From the NCBI GenBank assembly GCA_902621165.1, contig CACNKX010000006.1, forward strand, positions 4,852-68,851: a stretch of 64,000 nt of DNA. The letters run 5' to 3'. This DNA is from an uncultured Alphaproteobacteria bacterium (lineage in GTDB: Bacteria > Pseudomonadota > Alphaproteobacteria > HIMB59 > GCA-002718135). Under the pieces are notes generated by a model. That model was not told where the DNA came from. It ran no database searches and saw only the letters and a list, made by a program, of their open reading frames with translations. The position numbers and the translations under genes are program-made. Positions 21,877-31,303 of this stretch are shown here, in pieces; position 1 is the stretch's first letter, and each line of letters starts with the position of its first letter.

Positions 21877-23426
21877 TATAATTTTAATTCCTTTTTATTT
21901 GCAAATGATAAGTACATATATACTAAAAAATTTGTAAGCATTAAAGCTGTGAACATTGATGCTATCACACCTAAAGATAGTGTAATTGAAAAACCTCTAA
22001 TTGGACCAGAGCCAAATGCAAATAGTAACACGGCAGCAATAAGAGTTGTAATATTGGCATCAAGTATAGTTGACATAGCTCTGTCGAATCCATTTTTTAC
22101 AATCTGAAAAACTTTTGTTTGTTTTAAACTTTCTTCTTTAATTCTTTCAAAAATTAGAACATTTGCGTCTACTGCCATTCCAATTGTTAATACTATTCCA
22201 GCTATACCAGGTAATGTTAATGTTGCACCTATAGTACCTAATAATGAAATTATTATAAATAAATTTACTATTAAAGAAACATTAGCAAGAGCGCCAAAAG
22301 TTCCATAAATTAGTATCATAAATACACATACTAAAACCATTCCAATAATAGCAGCTATTTGACCAGCAGCTATAGAGTCTGCTCCCAAACCAGCACCCAC
22401 TGATCTTTCTTCAACTATTTCTAAAGGCGCTGGCAAGGCACCAGCTCTTAATAAGACAGCTAAATCAGATGCTTCTTGGGCATTAAAATTTCCAGTTATG
22501 ATACCTGATCCTCCTGTAATAGCACTACTTATTCTAGGGGCTGTGATCACTACACCATCTAATACAACAGCAAGATTTTTCCCAATATTGTTTGTTGTGA
22601 CTTTACCAAATTTTTGTGCACCTTCTGTATCAAAACGGAATGATACTGCATGACCTTCTGTTTGATCAAAAGAACCTTTTGCATCTACTAAATTTTCTCC
22701 ACCAACAACCGCTCTTTTGTCTAATAAGTATTTTGTATTTTCATCATACATGTCTGGAACAATAATTTTTCCAAAAGGAGCTAAGTTATTTTGAAGAGCA
22801 GAAGTATTATCATTATCAACAATGTGAAAAGTAAGTTTGGCTGTTTTACCTAATAAATCTTTAATTCTTTCTGGGTCTTTTACTCCTGGTAATTGTAAAA
22901 GTATTCTCTTTTTACCAGATCTTTGAATTAGAGGTTCTTTAGTTCCAGATTCATCAATCCTTTTTCTAACAATTTCAAGTGATTGCTTAATTGCTGAGTC
23001 TTGAATAATTTTTCTATATTCATCATTTAACTTTATACTAAGTCTATTATTACTAATTTGTAAGGAAACTCCTCTGTACATTTGGAAAAAGCTATCTCTA
23101 ATATCTTTTATCTTCTCTTTGTTAGCAAAAAAAACAACAACTTCATTTTCTTGAATATCAATTTTTTCAATTTTTACAGCTTGATCTCTTGAAATCAAAC
23201 GAACACTATCAACAAAATTATCTAATTCTTCTTTATATAAAACATCTAGTTGAACTTCTAATAGTAAATATGATCCACCTTGTAAGTCTAAACCTAGATT
23301 AATCTTATTTTTTAAAAACCAATTTTCTGAATTTTCATCATAAATAATTGAAGGAATTGCAAAAATTATTCCTAATAGAACCAACGATATTACGGTAAAT
23401 GATTTCCAGATAGGATAATTTTTCAT
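21876..23426 (-). CDS. secD: Protein translocase subunit SecD
   Basis: 516 aa. LGLDLQGG, periplasmic P1 domain and GMAVDANVLIFERIKEE. Confidence 0.93.
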   Translation of the reverse strand: MKNYPIWKSFTVISLVLLGIIFAIPSIIYDENSENWFLKNKINLGLDLQGGSYLLLEVQLDVLYKEELDNFVDSVRLISRDQAVKIEKIDIQENEVVVFFANKEKIKDIRDSFFQMYRGVSLQISNNRLSIKLNDEYRKIIQDSAIKQSLEIVRKRIDESGTKEPLIQRSGKKRILLQLPGVKDPERIKDLLGKTAKLTFHIVDNDNTSALQNNLAPFGKIIVPDMYDENTKYLLDKRAVVGGENLVDAKGSFDQTEGHAVSFRFDTEGAQKFGKVTTNNIGKNLAVVLDGVVITAPRISSAITGGSGIITGNFNAQEASDLAVLLRAGALPAPLEIVEERSVGAGLGADSIAAGQIAAIIGMVLVCVFMILIYGTFGALANVSLIVNLFIIISLLGTIGATLTLPGIAGIVLTIGMAVDANVLIFERIKEESLKQTKVFQIVKNGFDRAMSTILDANITTLIAAVLLFAFGSGPIRGFSITLSLGVIASMFTALMLTNFLVYMYLSFANKKELKL

Positions 23427-23438
23427 TAATAAAAAAAA

Positions 23439-23780
23439 TTATTTTTTTCTAGAAAATAAAGAGAAGCTAGATTTACTCTTATTCTCTTCTTTTGGTGGTT
23501 CTTTTTTTTGAACTTCTGGCATTGCATATAAATCCGCAACCATTCCTGATGCAATTTTGATTTCAACATTATCTGCAACTTCTAAAGTTAATTCCCTATT
23601 ATCAGCAACCTTGTTTATAGTACCTATAATTCCACCAGAAGTGACAATTTTATCACCTCTTTTAAGATTAGATAGCATTTCTTTATGCTGTTTAACTTTT
23701 CTTTGTTGTGGTCTGATTAATAAAAAATAAAAAACTACAAATATTAAAATAAGTGGTAAAAATGTTCCAAATGCTTCCAT
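23439..23780 (-). CDS. yajC: Preprotein translocase subunit YajC
   Basis: Single TM helix, LIRPQQRK, GDKIVTSGGIIG. Upstream of secDF. Confidence 0.9.
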   Translation of the reverse strand: MEAFGTFLPLILIFVVFYFLLIRPQQRKVKQHKEMLSNLKRGDKIVTSGGIIGTINKVADNRELTLEVADNVEIKIASGMVADLYAMPEVQKKEPPKEENKSKSSFSLFSRKK

Positions 23781-23855
23781 AATAGTACCTATGATGATTT
23801 AATTTGAGTGATTTATTATACTGTGTAATAAGAAAAATCAAATAAAGTATTTATT

Positions 23856-24659
23856 ATGTTTTTAAGCAATTTTTTATCTAATATTACACTCTCAAGAGCA
23901 AATGCATTTATTTGGGATAGTAAAATAAAAAACCTGAAAATAATCTCACATTTTAGATGGTTAGATTTAGATCTATTAATTGGAATAGAAAGACAAAAAA
24001 AAACTATTTATAATAATACTATTAATTTTGCTGAAGGAAATTTTACCAATAATGCTTTGTTATGGGGATCTAGGGGAAATGGTAAAAGTTCTCTGATTAA
24101 ATCAGTTTTTTATGAAATAAATAAAAAGAATAAAAATTTAAAATTAATTCAATTAAATAAAAATAATATTTTTGATATCGAAGTTATTTACGAAAAATAT
24201 GCTAATTTAAAAAATTATAATTTTATAATTTTTATTGATGATTTATCATTCGAAAAAATTGATAGTGATTACAAAATAATTAAATCAACATTAGATGGGA
24301 GTATACAAAATCAACCTAAAAATATTGTTCTTTATGTAACCTCTAATAGAAGGCATTTAATGCCAAGAGATATGATAGAAAATGAAAGATCTTCTGCTAT
24401 TCATACAGATGAAAGTGTTGAAGAAAAAATAAGTTTAAGTGATCGTTTTGGTTTATGGATTGGTTTTCATAATATTTCTCAAAATGATTTTGTTGATATA
24501 ATTTTTAAGTATTGTGAAAAGTTTAAATTACCTTTTAATGAAAAGACTGAAAAAGAAGCAATTAAATGGAGTTTACAAAGAGGTAATAGAACTGGGAGAT
24601 CAGCATGGCAATTTATTATTAATTATGCAGCTGAAAATAATAAAAAAATAGATTTTTAA
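23856..24659 (+). CDS. AAA-type ATP-binding protein, DUF815 family
   Basis: P-loop GSRGNGKSSL and Walker B IIFIDDL. Length and position (divergent from yajC) are typical of alphaproteobacterial DUF815 proteins. Confidence 0.65.
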   Translation: MFLSNFLSNITLSRANAFIWDSKIKNLKIISHFRWLDLDLLIGIERQKKTIYNNTINFAEGNFTNNALLWGSRGNGKSSLIKSVFYEINKKNKNLKLIQLNKNNIFDIEVIYEKYANLKNYNFIIFIDDLSFEKIDSDYKIIKSTLDGSIQNQPKNIVLYVTSNRRHLMPRDMIENERSSAIHTDESVEEKISLSDRFGLWIGFHNISQNDFVDIIFKYCEKFKLPFNEKTEKEAIKWSLQRGNRTGRSAWQFIINYAAENNKKIDF

Positions 24660-24661
24660 TT

Positions 24662-25384
24662 TTATTCAAAATCAAAATTTATTTTTTCTAAACCTGATAC
24701 TCCGTCCTTTAAATGATAAATATTTACTTGATCAAGCTGCTCAACAAATCCATTAGCTAAAATTGAAGATATGTCTCCATTTTGGCTTATAAAAATAACT
24801 TTCTCTCCTATTTGAACATTTTCTTTATACTTTTCAAAAAAATCTGGAAAGAAATTACCATTTTTATCAAATGCTGTTATCTGTATTGCTCCTGGGATTT
24901 TATTTTTATTAGTTATTTGATCTGCATTTCTAATATCTATAATTTTAAAATCATCGGTCATCGCTAATTTTAATTGGTAACCATCTATTTCCTTATATCC
25001 AGGTGAAATTACTTTTATTACTTCAATATCAAAAATAAGATTTGATTTTGGTGGAATTAAATTTCCTGCCCCACTTTCTCCATAAGCTAATTGATAAGGA
25101 ATAAATATTGTTCTTTTTCCACCCTCTCTCATACCAAGTAACCCAGTTTCCCAACCTAGGATTACTTTCCTTACTCCTATTTGAAAATCAAAAAATTGCC
25201 CCCTATCGTATGAACTATCAAAAACGGTATTGTCCTCGAGTCTACCGATGTAATGAACAGATAATTTTGAATGATTTTTTACCTCTAAACCATTACCAAT
25301 GGTTTCATTTAAGATCTTAACTTCGATAGAAAAAGATTTATAGCTAAAAAAGAAAAGAAATAAAAATAATAAGATGTTATACAT
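24662..25384 (-). CDS. Periplasmic FKBP-type peptidyl-prolyl isomerase fused to a Cys-less rhodanese-homology domain
   Basis: Signal peptide. FKBP core (VHYIGRL.DNTVFDSSYDRG.FFDFQIG...VILGWETGLLGMREGGKRTIFIP..LAYG). C-terminal part (IIDIRN....IPGAI..., VIFISQNGDISS) is rhodanese-like with Ser in place of the catalytic Cys. Confidence 0.75.
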   Translation of the reverse strand: MYNILLFLFLFFFSYKSFSIEVKILNETIGNGLEVKNHSKLSVHYIGRLEDNTVFDSSYDRGQFFDFQIGVRKVILGWETGLLGMREGGKRTIFIPYQLAYGESGAGNLIPPKSNLIFDIEVIKVISPGYKEIDGYQLKLAMTDDFKIIDIRNADQITNKNKIPGAIQITAFDKNGNFFPDFFEKYKENVQIGEKVIFISQNGDISSILANGFVEQLDQVNIYHLKDGVSGLEKINFDFE

Positions 25385-26262
25385 TAATTTGCTTCCTTTA
25401 ATTGTTTTATTTGCGAAGGTAATGAAACAATTCCACTTAAAACTATAAATATTGCTCCAATATAAGCATATAAATTCATATATTCATTAAATATAAATAT
25501 TCCAACTAAAGATGACCATAAAACCTGGAGGTAAACTAAACTAAATACTGATGCATAATGTTTTTGTGCAATCTTAAAAGCAGTAGTTGCAAAAAACATT
25601 GCTGAATTAATAAATAATGCAGCAGTTGAAATTAAAATAAATTCAAAAATAGTTACTTTTAATGGATTCATAAAAAATAAAGGTATTGAAATAAAGTGAA
25701 CAAAGAAACCGCCATAAAGAAAATACCCAATATTTGTAGTTACATGATTATATTTATTTACAATAAATGTTGTAATTGTAATTAATAATACACCGATAAG
25801 AACAATTAGATAATAAATATTAAAGCTTTCAAATCCCGGCTGTATAACAAATAGCACACCTAAAAAACCAATGAACAAAGATATGTAAGTTAAAAAATTT
25901 AATTTTTCATTTAGTAAAAAAATGGCAAATATTGTTCCCATCAATGGAGCAGTCATATTTAATGTTGTGAATTCTGGAAGTTTAATTTGTTCAAGTGTTA
26001 TAAAGGCAATAAAAGGCAAAGGGATATTTAAAAAACCTCTGAAAATAGGTGGAAAATAATTAGTACATTTTATATTTTTTTTTAAAGTTCCATTAAAAAA
26101 TAAATATAAGGGGAAACATAAAAAAATGGGTATTCCATAAAAGATGAAATGATAAAATTTTACATCTGTTTGAGTGAGGTAGTTTATTATTGCATCATTT
26201 GTTACAAAAAAAATTCCAGCAAAAAATAAAAGAATTGAAGAATAAACTATACTTTTTTTCAT
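25384..26262 (-). CDS. DMT-superfamily (EamA-like) transporter
   Basis: About 10 TM helices with a duplicated EamA-like pattern. Start set at MKKSIVYSS (26262), so it no longer overlaps divergent acyP. Confidence 0.75.
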   Translation of the reverse strand: MKKSIVYSSILLFFAGIFFVTNDAIINYLTQTDVKFYHFIFYGIPIFLCFPLYLFFNGTLKKNIKCTNYFPPIFRGFLNIPLPFIAFITLEQIKLPEFTTLNMTAPLMGTIFAIFLLNEKLNFLTYISLFIGFLGVLFVIQPGFESFNIYYLIVLIGVLLITITTFIVNKYNHVTTNIGYFLYGGFFVHFISIPLFFMNPLKVTIFEFILISTAALFINSAMFFATTAFKIAQKHYASVFSLVYLQVLWSSLVGIFIFNEYMNLYAYIGAIFIVLSGIVSLPSQIKQLKEAN

Positions 26263-26315
26263 ATAATGAATTGAAGGATTGTATGATAAAAAAAAGTACT
26301 TATATTGATACTTAA

Positions 26316-26612
26316 ATGAATACAAATGAAATAAAAACTTATCGACTTATTATAAAAGGAAAAGTTCAGGGAGTGGGCTTTAGACATTGGTTTAGCGATT
26401 TAGCAATATCTTTGGGATTAAATGGTTATATTCAAAATAAAGAAAGTAAAGATGAGGTAGAAGCCATAATTCAAGGAGATATGCAAAGTATACTATCTAT
26501 TACTGAAAAAGCTAAAGATGGTCCCTCACTAGCTCTAGTTGAAGGAGTTATTCCAAATAGTATCATTAGTAACGTTAAGTATTCAGGTTTTATAGTTAAA
26601 TACGAAACTTAA
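26316..26612 (+). CDS. acyP: Acylphosphatase
   Basis: 98 aa. The IKGKVQGVGFR motif is diagnostic. Confidence 0.85.
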   Translation: MNTNEIKTYRLIIKGKVQGVGFRHWFSDLAISLGLNGYIQNKESKDEVEAIIQGDMQSILSITEKAKDGPSLALVEGVIPNSIISNVKYSGFIVKYET

Positions 26613-27943
26613 TTAAAAACTTGCTTTATAGTTTTATGAAGAGAGTCAAATATTTCATCAATTTGATTTTTAGTAATTATGAATTGAGGACACAAAACAA
26701 TTGCAGGACCTAAAGGTCTGCAAATTAATCCATTATCAATTGATAAATTAGCAACTTTATCTCCCATATTAAGATGACCTTCAAATGGTTCTTTTGTATC
26801 TTTATTTTTTACCATCTCTAATGCAGCCATAAGACCTATACCTCTAGTTTCTCCAATGTGTTCATAATCATTAAATTCATTTAATCTTTCAAAAAAATAG
26901 GGTTCCATCAACTTTACATTATCTAATAAACCCTCATTCATAATTACATTTATTGCTTTCAAAGCAATTGCACATCCAACAGGATGACCACCAGCTGTAA
27001 AACCATGTGGAAATTCTTCTGCTTCTTCTGATACTTCAACAAATTTATCTGAAAATTCTTTATTAACTATAACTGCACCCATAGGAAAGTACCCAGCTGT
27101 TAAACATTTAGATGAGATAATTATATCCGGTTTGATATTGTAGGTTTCACATCCCCATAAATTTCCCGTTCTACCAAATCCACAAATTACTTCATCTGCG
27201 ATAAAAGGAATATTAAATTTTTTTAATATAGGCTGAACTAAATCAAAATACGATTTTGAAGGAGGTATACAACCTCCTGCACCTTGAACAGGTTCTGCAA
27301 CAAAACCTGCAATAGTTTCTGGATCCTCTTTGATGATTTTTTCTTCTAAATTTTTGGCCATTCTAAGTGAAAATTCTTCTTCCGTTTCATTCTCTAATCC
27401 ATATTTCCAATAATGAGGACATTCAATGTGAATAAATTCTTCAGATGGTAAACCAAACTCTTTATTGTATGGTTTGGCAGTCATTGAAGAAGCTCCTAAA
27501 GTAACACCATGATATCCATTAATTCTTGTTATAATTTTTCGTCTATTTGGCTTTCCAATTCTTGCATTTAACATCCATAACATTTTGACCATAGTGTCAT
27601 TAGCTTCAGATCCTGAATTACAAAAGAATACACGACCTTGATCAAAAGGTGATACTTCAATAATTTTTTCAGATAGCTGTAAAGTTTCTTCAGACAATCT
27701 TCCAAATAAAGAATGATAACCAGCAAATTTTTCATACTGTTTTTTTGCAACTTCAACTAATCCAGGATGGTCAAAACCAGCACACTGATTCCATAGACCA
27801 GAATTCCCATCTAGATATTTATTACCTTTAGTATCGTAAACATATATTCCTTTTCCATAAGAAATAACTAAAGGGCCTCTTTCATTTAATGACTTCAAGT
27901 CAGTAAATCCATATAAATGGGTGGAAGTATTTCTTTGTGGCAT
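26609..27943 (-). CDS. Class III (omega-) aminotransferase, PLP-dependent
   Basis: 444 aa. GSEANDT, ADEVICGFGRTG, SSKCLTAGYFP (PLP Lys region). Substrate not assignable from sequence. Confidence 0.85.
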   Translation of the reverse strand: MPQRNTSTHLYGFTDLKSLNERGPLVISYGKGIYVYDTKGNKYLDGNSGLWNQCAGFDHPGLVEVAKKQYEKFAGYHSLFGRLSEETLQLSEKIIEVSPFDQGRVFFCNSGSEANDTMVKMLWMLNARIGKPNRRKIITRINGYHGVTLGASSMTAKPYNKEFGLPSEEFIHIECPHYWKYGLENETEEEFSLRMAKNLEEKIIKEDPETIAGFVAEPVQGAGGCIPPSKSYFDLVQPILKKFNIPFIADEVICGFGRTGNLWGCETYNIKPDIIISSKCLTAGYFPMGAVIVNKEFSDKFVEVSEEAEEFPHGFTAGGHPVGCAIALKAINVIMNEGLLDNVKLMEPYFFERLNEFNDYEHIGETRGIGLMAALEMVKNKDTKEPFEGHLNMGDKVANLSIDNGLICRPLGPAIVLCPQFIITKNQIDEIFDSLHKTIKQVFN

Positions 27944-27967
27944 ATCAGTTAAATATTTTTTTTTATT

Positions 27968-28861
27968 ATGAAAAGCAAGATTTTATTTTCAGTTGGGACG
28001 ATAGGTGTACTTTTTATGATGGCTGGCCAATTATCATTCTCTATAAATGATAGTTATGTCAAACTTGTTGTAAAAAATATAGGTGATGACAATTCATTAT
28101 ATTCTGTAATTTTTTTAAGAGGTTTAGTTACATCAAGTTTATTAGGTTTATATTTAGTTTTTTTCGAAAAAAAGAATTTAATTAAAATACTATCAATCAA
28201 AAGTTTTCATATAAGAGGTTTGTATGAAGTTTTAACGGCATTATTTTTTTTGGTTGGATTAATATTACTTCCAATATCTGAGGTTTATACACTTTTAATG
28301 ACTAATCCTTTCTTTGTTACAATATTTGCTTTTCTTTTTTTGGGAGAGAAAGTTGGAATTAGAAGATGGTGTGCAGTTATTATTGGGTTTTTAGGTGTGT
28401 TAGTAGTTGTAAATCCACAAAATTTTCAATTTAATTATCTTTTAATGTTACCAATTTTAGCTGCTATTTTTTTAACTATTAGAGATATTGCTACAAAAAG
28501 TTTAGCAACTAAATCAAATAGTGTTGAAATTACATTTGTGACAGCATTGTTAATTACTGGGTTTGCAGGGTTGGGTTCAATTATTTTTGGTTATCAAGTA
28601 AGCGGTGAAGATGTAAATTATATTCTTGCTTCTAGTATATTTGTTTTATTCGGATATTTATTTTCAGTATTAACAGTTTTTTATGCACCACTCTCATTAA
28701 CCGCCTCTGCAAGATACAGTGTAATTATATTTAGTATGATTTTTGGATATTTAATACTAGGTGAAACTCCAACTTTTAATATGATTATTGGTGCAATAAT
28801 TATAACGTTAAGTGGTTTATTTGTAATCAAAAGAGAAAAAGAAATAGGTAAGATTAAGTAA
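27968..28861 (+). CDS. DMT-superfamily (EamA-like) transporter
   Basis: 297 aa, 10 TM helices, two EamA-like halves. Confidence 0.8.
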   Translation: MKSKILFSVGTIGVLFMMAGQLSFSINDSYVKLVVKNIGDDNSLYSVIFLRGLVTSSLLGLYLVFFEKKNLIKILSIKSFHIRGLYEVLTALFFLVGLILLPISEVYTLLMTNPFFVTIFAFLFLGEKVGIRRWCAVIIGFLGVLVVVNPQNFQFNYLLMLPILAAIFLTIRDIATKSLATKSNSVEITFVTALLITGFAGLGSIIFGYQVSGEDVNYILASSIFVLFGYLFSVLTVFYAPLSLTASARYSVIIFSMIFGYLILGETPTFNMIIGAIIITLSGLFVIKREKEIGKIK

Positions 28862-28865
28862 AAGT

Positions 28866-29309
28866 TCACTGATCCTTACAAAAATTATAAACTTCTTCAA
28901 CATGACCTTTAACTTTAACTTTATTCCAAGAATTTAGAATTTTTCCATTTTTATCGATTACAAATGTAGATCTATCAATCCCAAAATATTTCCTACCATA
29001 CATAGATTTTTCTATCCAAATACCAAGTTTATCACAATTTTTTCCTTCATCCGAACCAAGTGGGTATTTCAATTTATACTTATCTGAAAATTTTTTATTC
29101 CGATCAACAGGATCTTTAGAAGCTCCAATTACATCAAAGCCAATTTTATTAAATTTTGTTAAATATTTCTGAAAATCTGCAACTTCTACTGAGCATCCAC
29201 CAGTTAACGCCTTAGGGTAAAAGAATAAAACTGTTTTATTCTTTAAATTAGATGAATCAAACTCATTTTCGTTTGTTAATTGAAGTTTTATCTTGGGAAT
29301 TTTTTTCAT
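28866..29309 (-). CDS. bcp: Peroxiredoxin, Bcp-type (thiol peroxidase)
   Basis: PxxxTxxC motif (PKALTGGC), then IGASKD and DRSTFVID. 2 nt downstream of the GCH II homologue. Confidence 0.8.
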   Translation of the reverse strand: MKKIPKIKLQLTNENEFDSSNLKNKTVLFFYPKALTGGCSVEVADFQKYLTKFNKIGFDVIGASKDPVDRNKKFSDKYKLKYPLGSDEGKNCDKLGIWIEKSMYGRKYFGIDRSTFVIDKNGKILNSWNKVKVKGHVEEVYNFCKDQ

Positions 29310-29311
29310 AA

Positions 29312-30433
29312 TTATACTACTAGTTTAAGACCGTATCCAGCTTTTTTAACTCTTGTTTTAAAATAATTTTTATTAAATTTATTTAATGTTGGCTTTGTAT
29401 TTATTTGATTTTCGACTTTAATTCCAGCTTTCTTAATAGAATTAATTTTATTTTTGTTGTTTGTAATAAGATTAACTTTATTTATTTTTAATAATTTCAG
29501 TATTCTAGCTGCAATATTAAAATCTCTTTCATCATCTAAAAAACCAATATTATGATCGGCGTCTATTGTATCCATACCCCTTGCTTGAAGAGAATAAGCT
29601 CTCATTTTATTAGCTAATCCTATTCCCCTACCTTCTTGTTCTAAATATAATATAATTCCACCATTATTTCTAACCATGTAATTGATTGATTGATTTAATT
29701 GTTCACCACAATCACATTTTAAAGAATGAAAAATATCACCTGTAAAACAAGCTGAATGTATTCTTAAATTAACAGATTTTTTATTTATTTTTGTTGGATT
29801 AACAATTATCGCTACATGTTTATCAGATCCAATATATGATTTGAATATTTTAAAATTAGAATTTTCGTTTTTTGGTAGTGGAACTTTTGCACTAGAAACT
29901 AATTTAATACTTTCACAAATTAATTCATTTTGCTTCAATAAATCTTTGTAATCAAATATTAAAATTCCATTCTTAAATCCAAATTCATTTATATTTTTGT
30001 AATATTTTTTATTAATTTTTTTAAAAACTAGCGATGGTATCATTTTAGCATTTTTGGATAGATCGATACAAACATTATGAAAATTTTTAGATTTGAATTT
30101 TTTAATATTGGTAAATTTAATTACTTTATTATTGCTAAGAGGATTGACAAATAAATTTATTATTTGATTTACATCTGTTTTGGGATTTATCTCAAAATAA
30201 ATATTACTTTTTATATTCTTATTAAAAATTGATTGAGCTTTTTGTTTAGTAATAAGTAGATATTTTTCATCAATTAAGTGCTTATTGAATTGATTAAAAA
30301 TTTTACTTTGGGAATGCTCTATATTAAAGAACATCCAATATTCCTTGTTATTTTGAATTATTAAGGGTCTTCCGGTCCTGAGTTCGTTAATTGCCCTATC
30401 TATTATAGTTCCTGTATTAGATTTGAAACTCAT
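29312..30433 (-). CDS. GTP cyclohydrolase II homologue with about 175-aa degenerate N-terminal (DHBP-synthase-like?) domain
   Basis: The C-terminal half matches RibA: RIHSACFTGDIFHSLKCDCG (Zn Cys triad), ILYLEQEGRGIGLANKMRAY, DERDF. Start set at MSFKSNTG (30433). The N-terminal domain lacks the RENEGD active-site motif. Confidence 0.85.
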   Translation of the reverse strand: MSFKSNTGTIIDRAINELRTGRPLIIQNNKEYWMFFNIEHSQSKIFNQFNKHLIDEKYLLITKQKAQSIFNKNIKSNIYFEINPKTDVNQIINLFVNPLSNNKVIKFTNIKKFKSKNFHNVCIDLSKNAKMIPSLVFKKINKKYYKNINEFGFKNGILIFDYKDLLKQNELICESIKLVSSAKVPLPKNENSNFKIFKSYIGSDKHVAIIVNPTKINKKSVNLRIHSACFTGDIFHSLKCDCGEQLNQSINYMVRNNGGIILYLEQEGRGIGLANKMRAYSLQARGMDTIDADHNIGFLDDERDFNIAARILKLLKINKVNLITNNKNKINSIKKAGIKVENQINTKPTLNKFNKNYFKTRVKKAGYGLKLVV

Positions 30434-30469
30434 GAAAACTTTATATAGATATAATTGAAATAAAAACAA

Positions 30470-31303
30470 ATGATTACATCTAAAAATATAGGAATTTTAC
30501 TAGATTTTATAAAAAAATCTAAAAAGAATAGTGATTTATATTTATTGGTTAAAAAAAATAGTATTTCTTTGTCATCAAAAAGAAAAAGTAATTTTTACAT
30601 AAAAAATAATAATCTGGAATCTAAAGTTAATATAAATAAATTTTATCAATCAATCTTAAATATCCTTCTCCCAATATTAAGAAAAAACAAAAAATTAGTT
30701 ATAGCTCAGATAGGACAAAGTATTGATGGTAGAATTGCATTAAATAATGGTAATTCACATTACATAAATAATCCCAAGAGTATTATTTATCTACATTGTT
30801 TACGAAGTATCAGTGATGCAATTATTGTAGGCTCAAATACCATTAAAAAAGACGATCCTCTATTAACAACAAGAAAAATAAAGGGCACAAATCCAAAAAG
30901 AATTATTATCGATGGCAGTCTTTCGCTAAATAACAAATATAAAATATTTAATGACGGTAATGAAAATATAATTTTTACAAAAAGTAATAAAAATATTAGA
31001 TTGAATAATTCAACAATAATAAGATTAAAAGAAAAAAATTTTACTAAAAACTTTATTACGCAAATAAAAAAACTTAAATATAAAAATATTTTAGTAGAGG
31101 GAGGATCAAAAACTATTTCAGAATTAATAAATAATAAATATATTGATATTCTTCAATTTATGATTGCCCCAATATTAATAGGCTCCGGAATTAATTCATT
31201 AAATTTAAAAGAAATTTCAAATCTCAATAAAGCTATCAGACCCAAACATAATTTTAATGAATTAGAAAATGAAATTATTGTTAATTTATTTCTTAATAGC
31301 TAA
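30470..31303 (+). CDS. RibD C-terminal-domain (DHFR-like) reductase; no deaminase domain
   Basis: GQSIDGRIA...., AIIVGSNTIKKDDPLLTTR and LVEGGSKT motifs of the RibD_C family. The about 70-aa N-terminus has no HAE / PCxxC cytidine-deaminase zinc motif. Confidence 0.7.
   Translation: MITSKNIGILLDFIKKSKKNSDLYLLVKKNSISLSSKRKSNFYIKNNNLESKVNINKFYQSILNILLPILRKNKKLVIAQIGQSIDGRIALNNGNSHYINNPKSIIYLHCLRSISDAIIVGSNTIKKDDPLLTTRKIKGTNPKRIIIDGSLSLNNKYKIFNDGNENIIFTKSNKNIRLNNSTIIRLKEKNFTKNFITQIKKLKYKNILVEGGSKTISELINNKYIDILQFMIAPILIGSGINSLNLKEISNLNKAIRPKHNFNELENEIIVNLFLNS

Noticed and set aside
29312-31303. Reading the GCH II and RibD-like genes as an ordinary riboflavin (ribA/ribD) locus.
   Set aside because: The RibD-like protein has no deaminase domain, the RibB-like part lacks its active site, and there is no ribH or ribE. 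The genes are instead interleaved with GT, MT, PTPS-like, MDR and creatininase genes.
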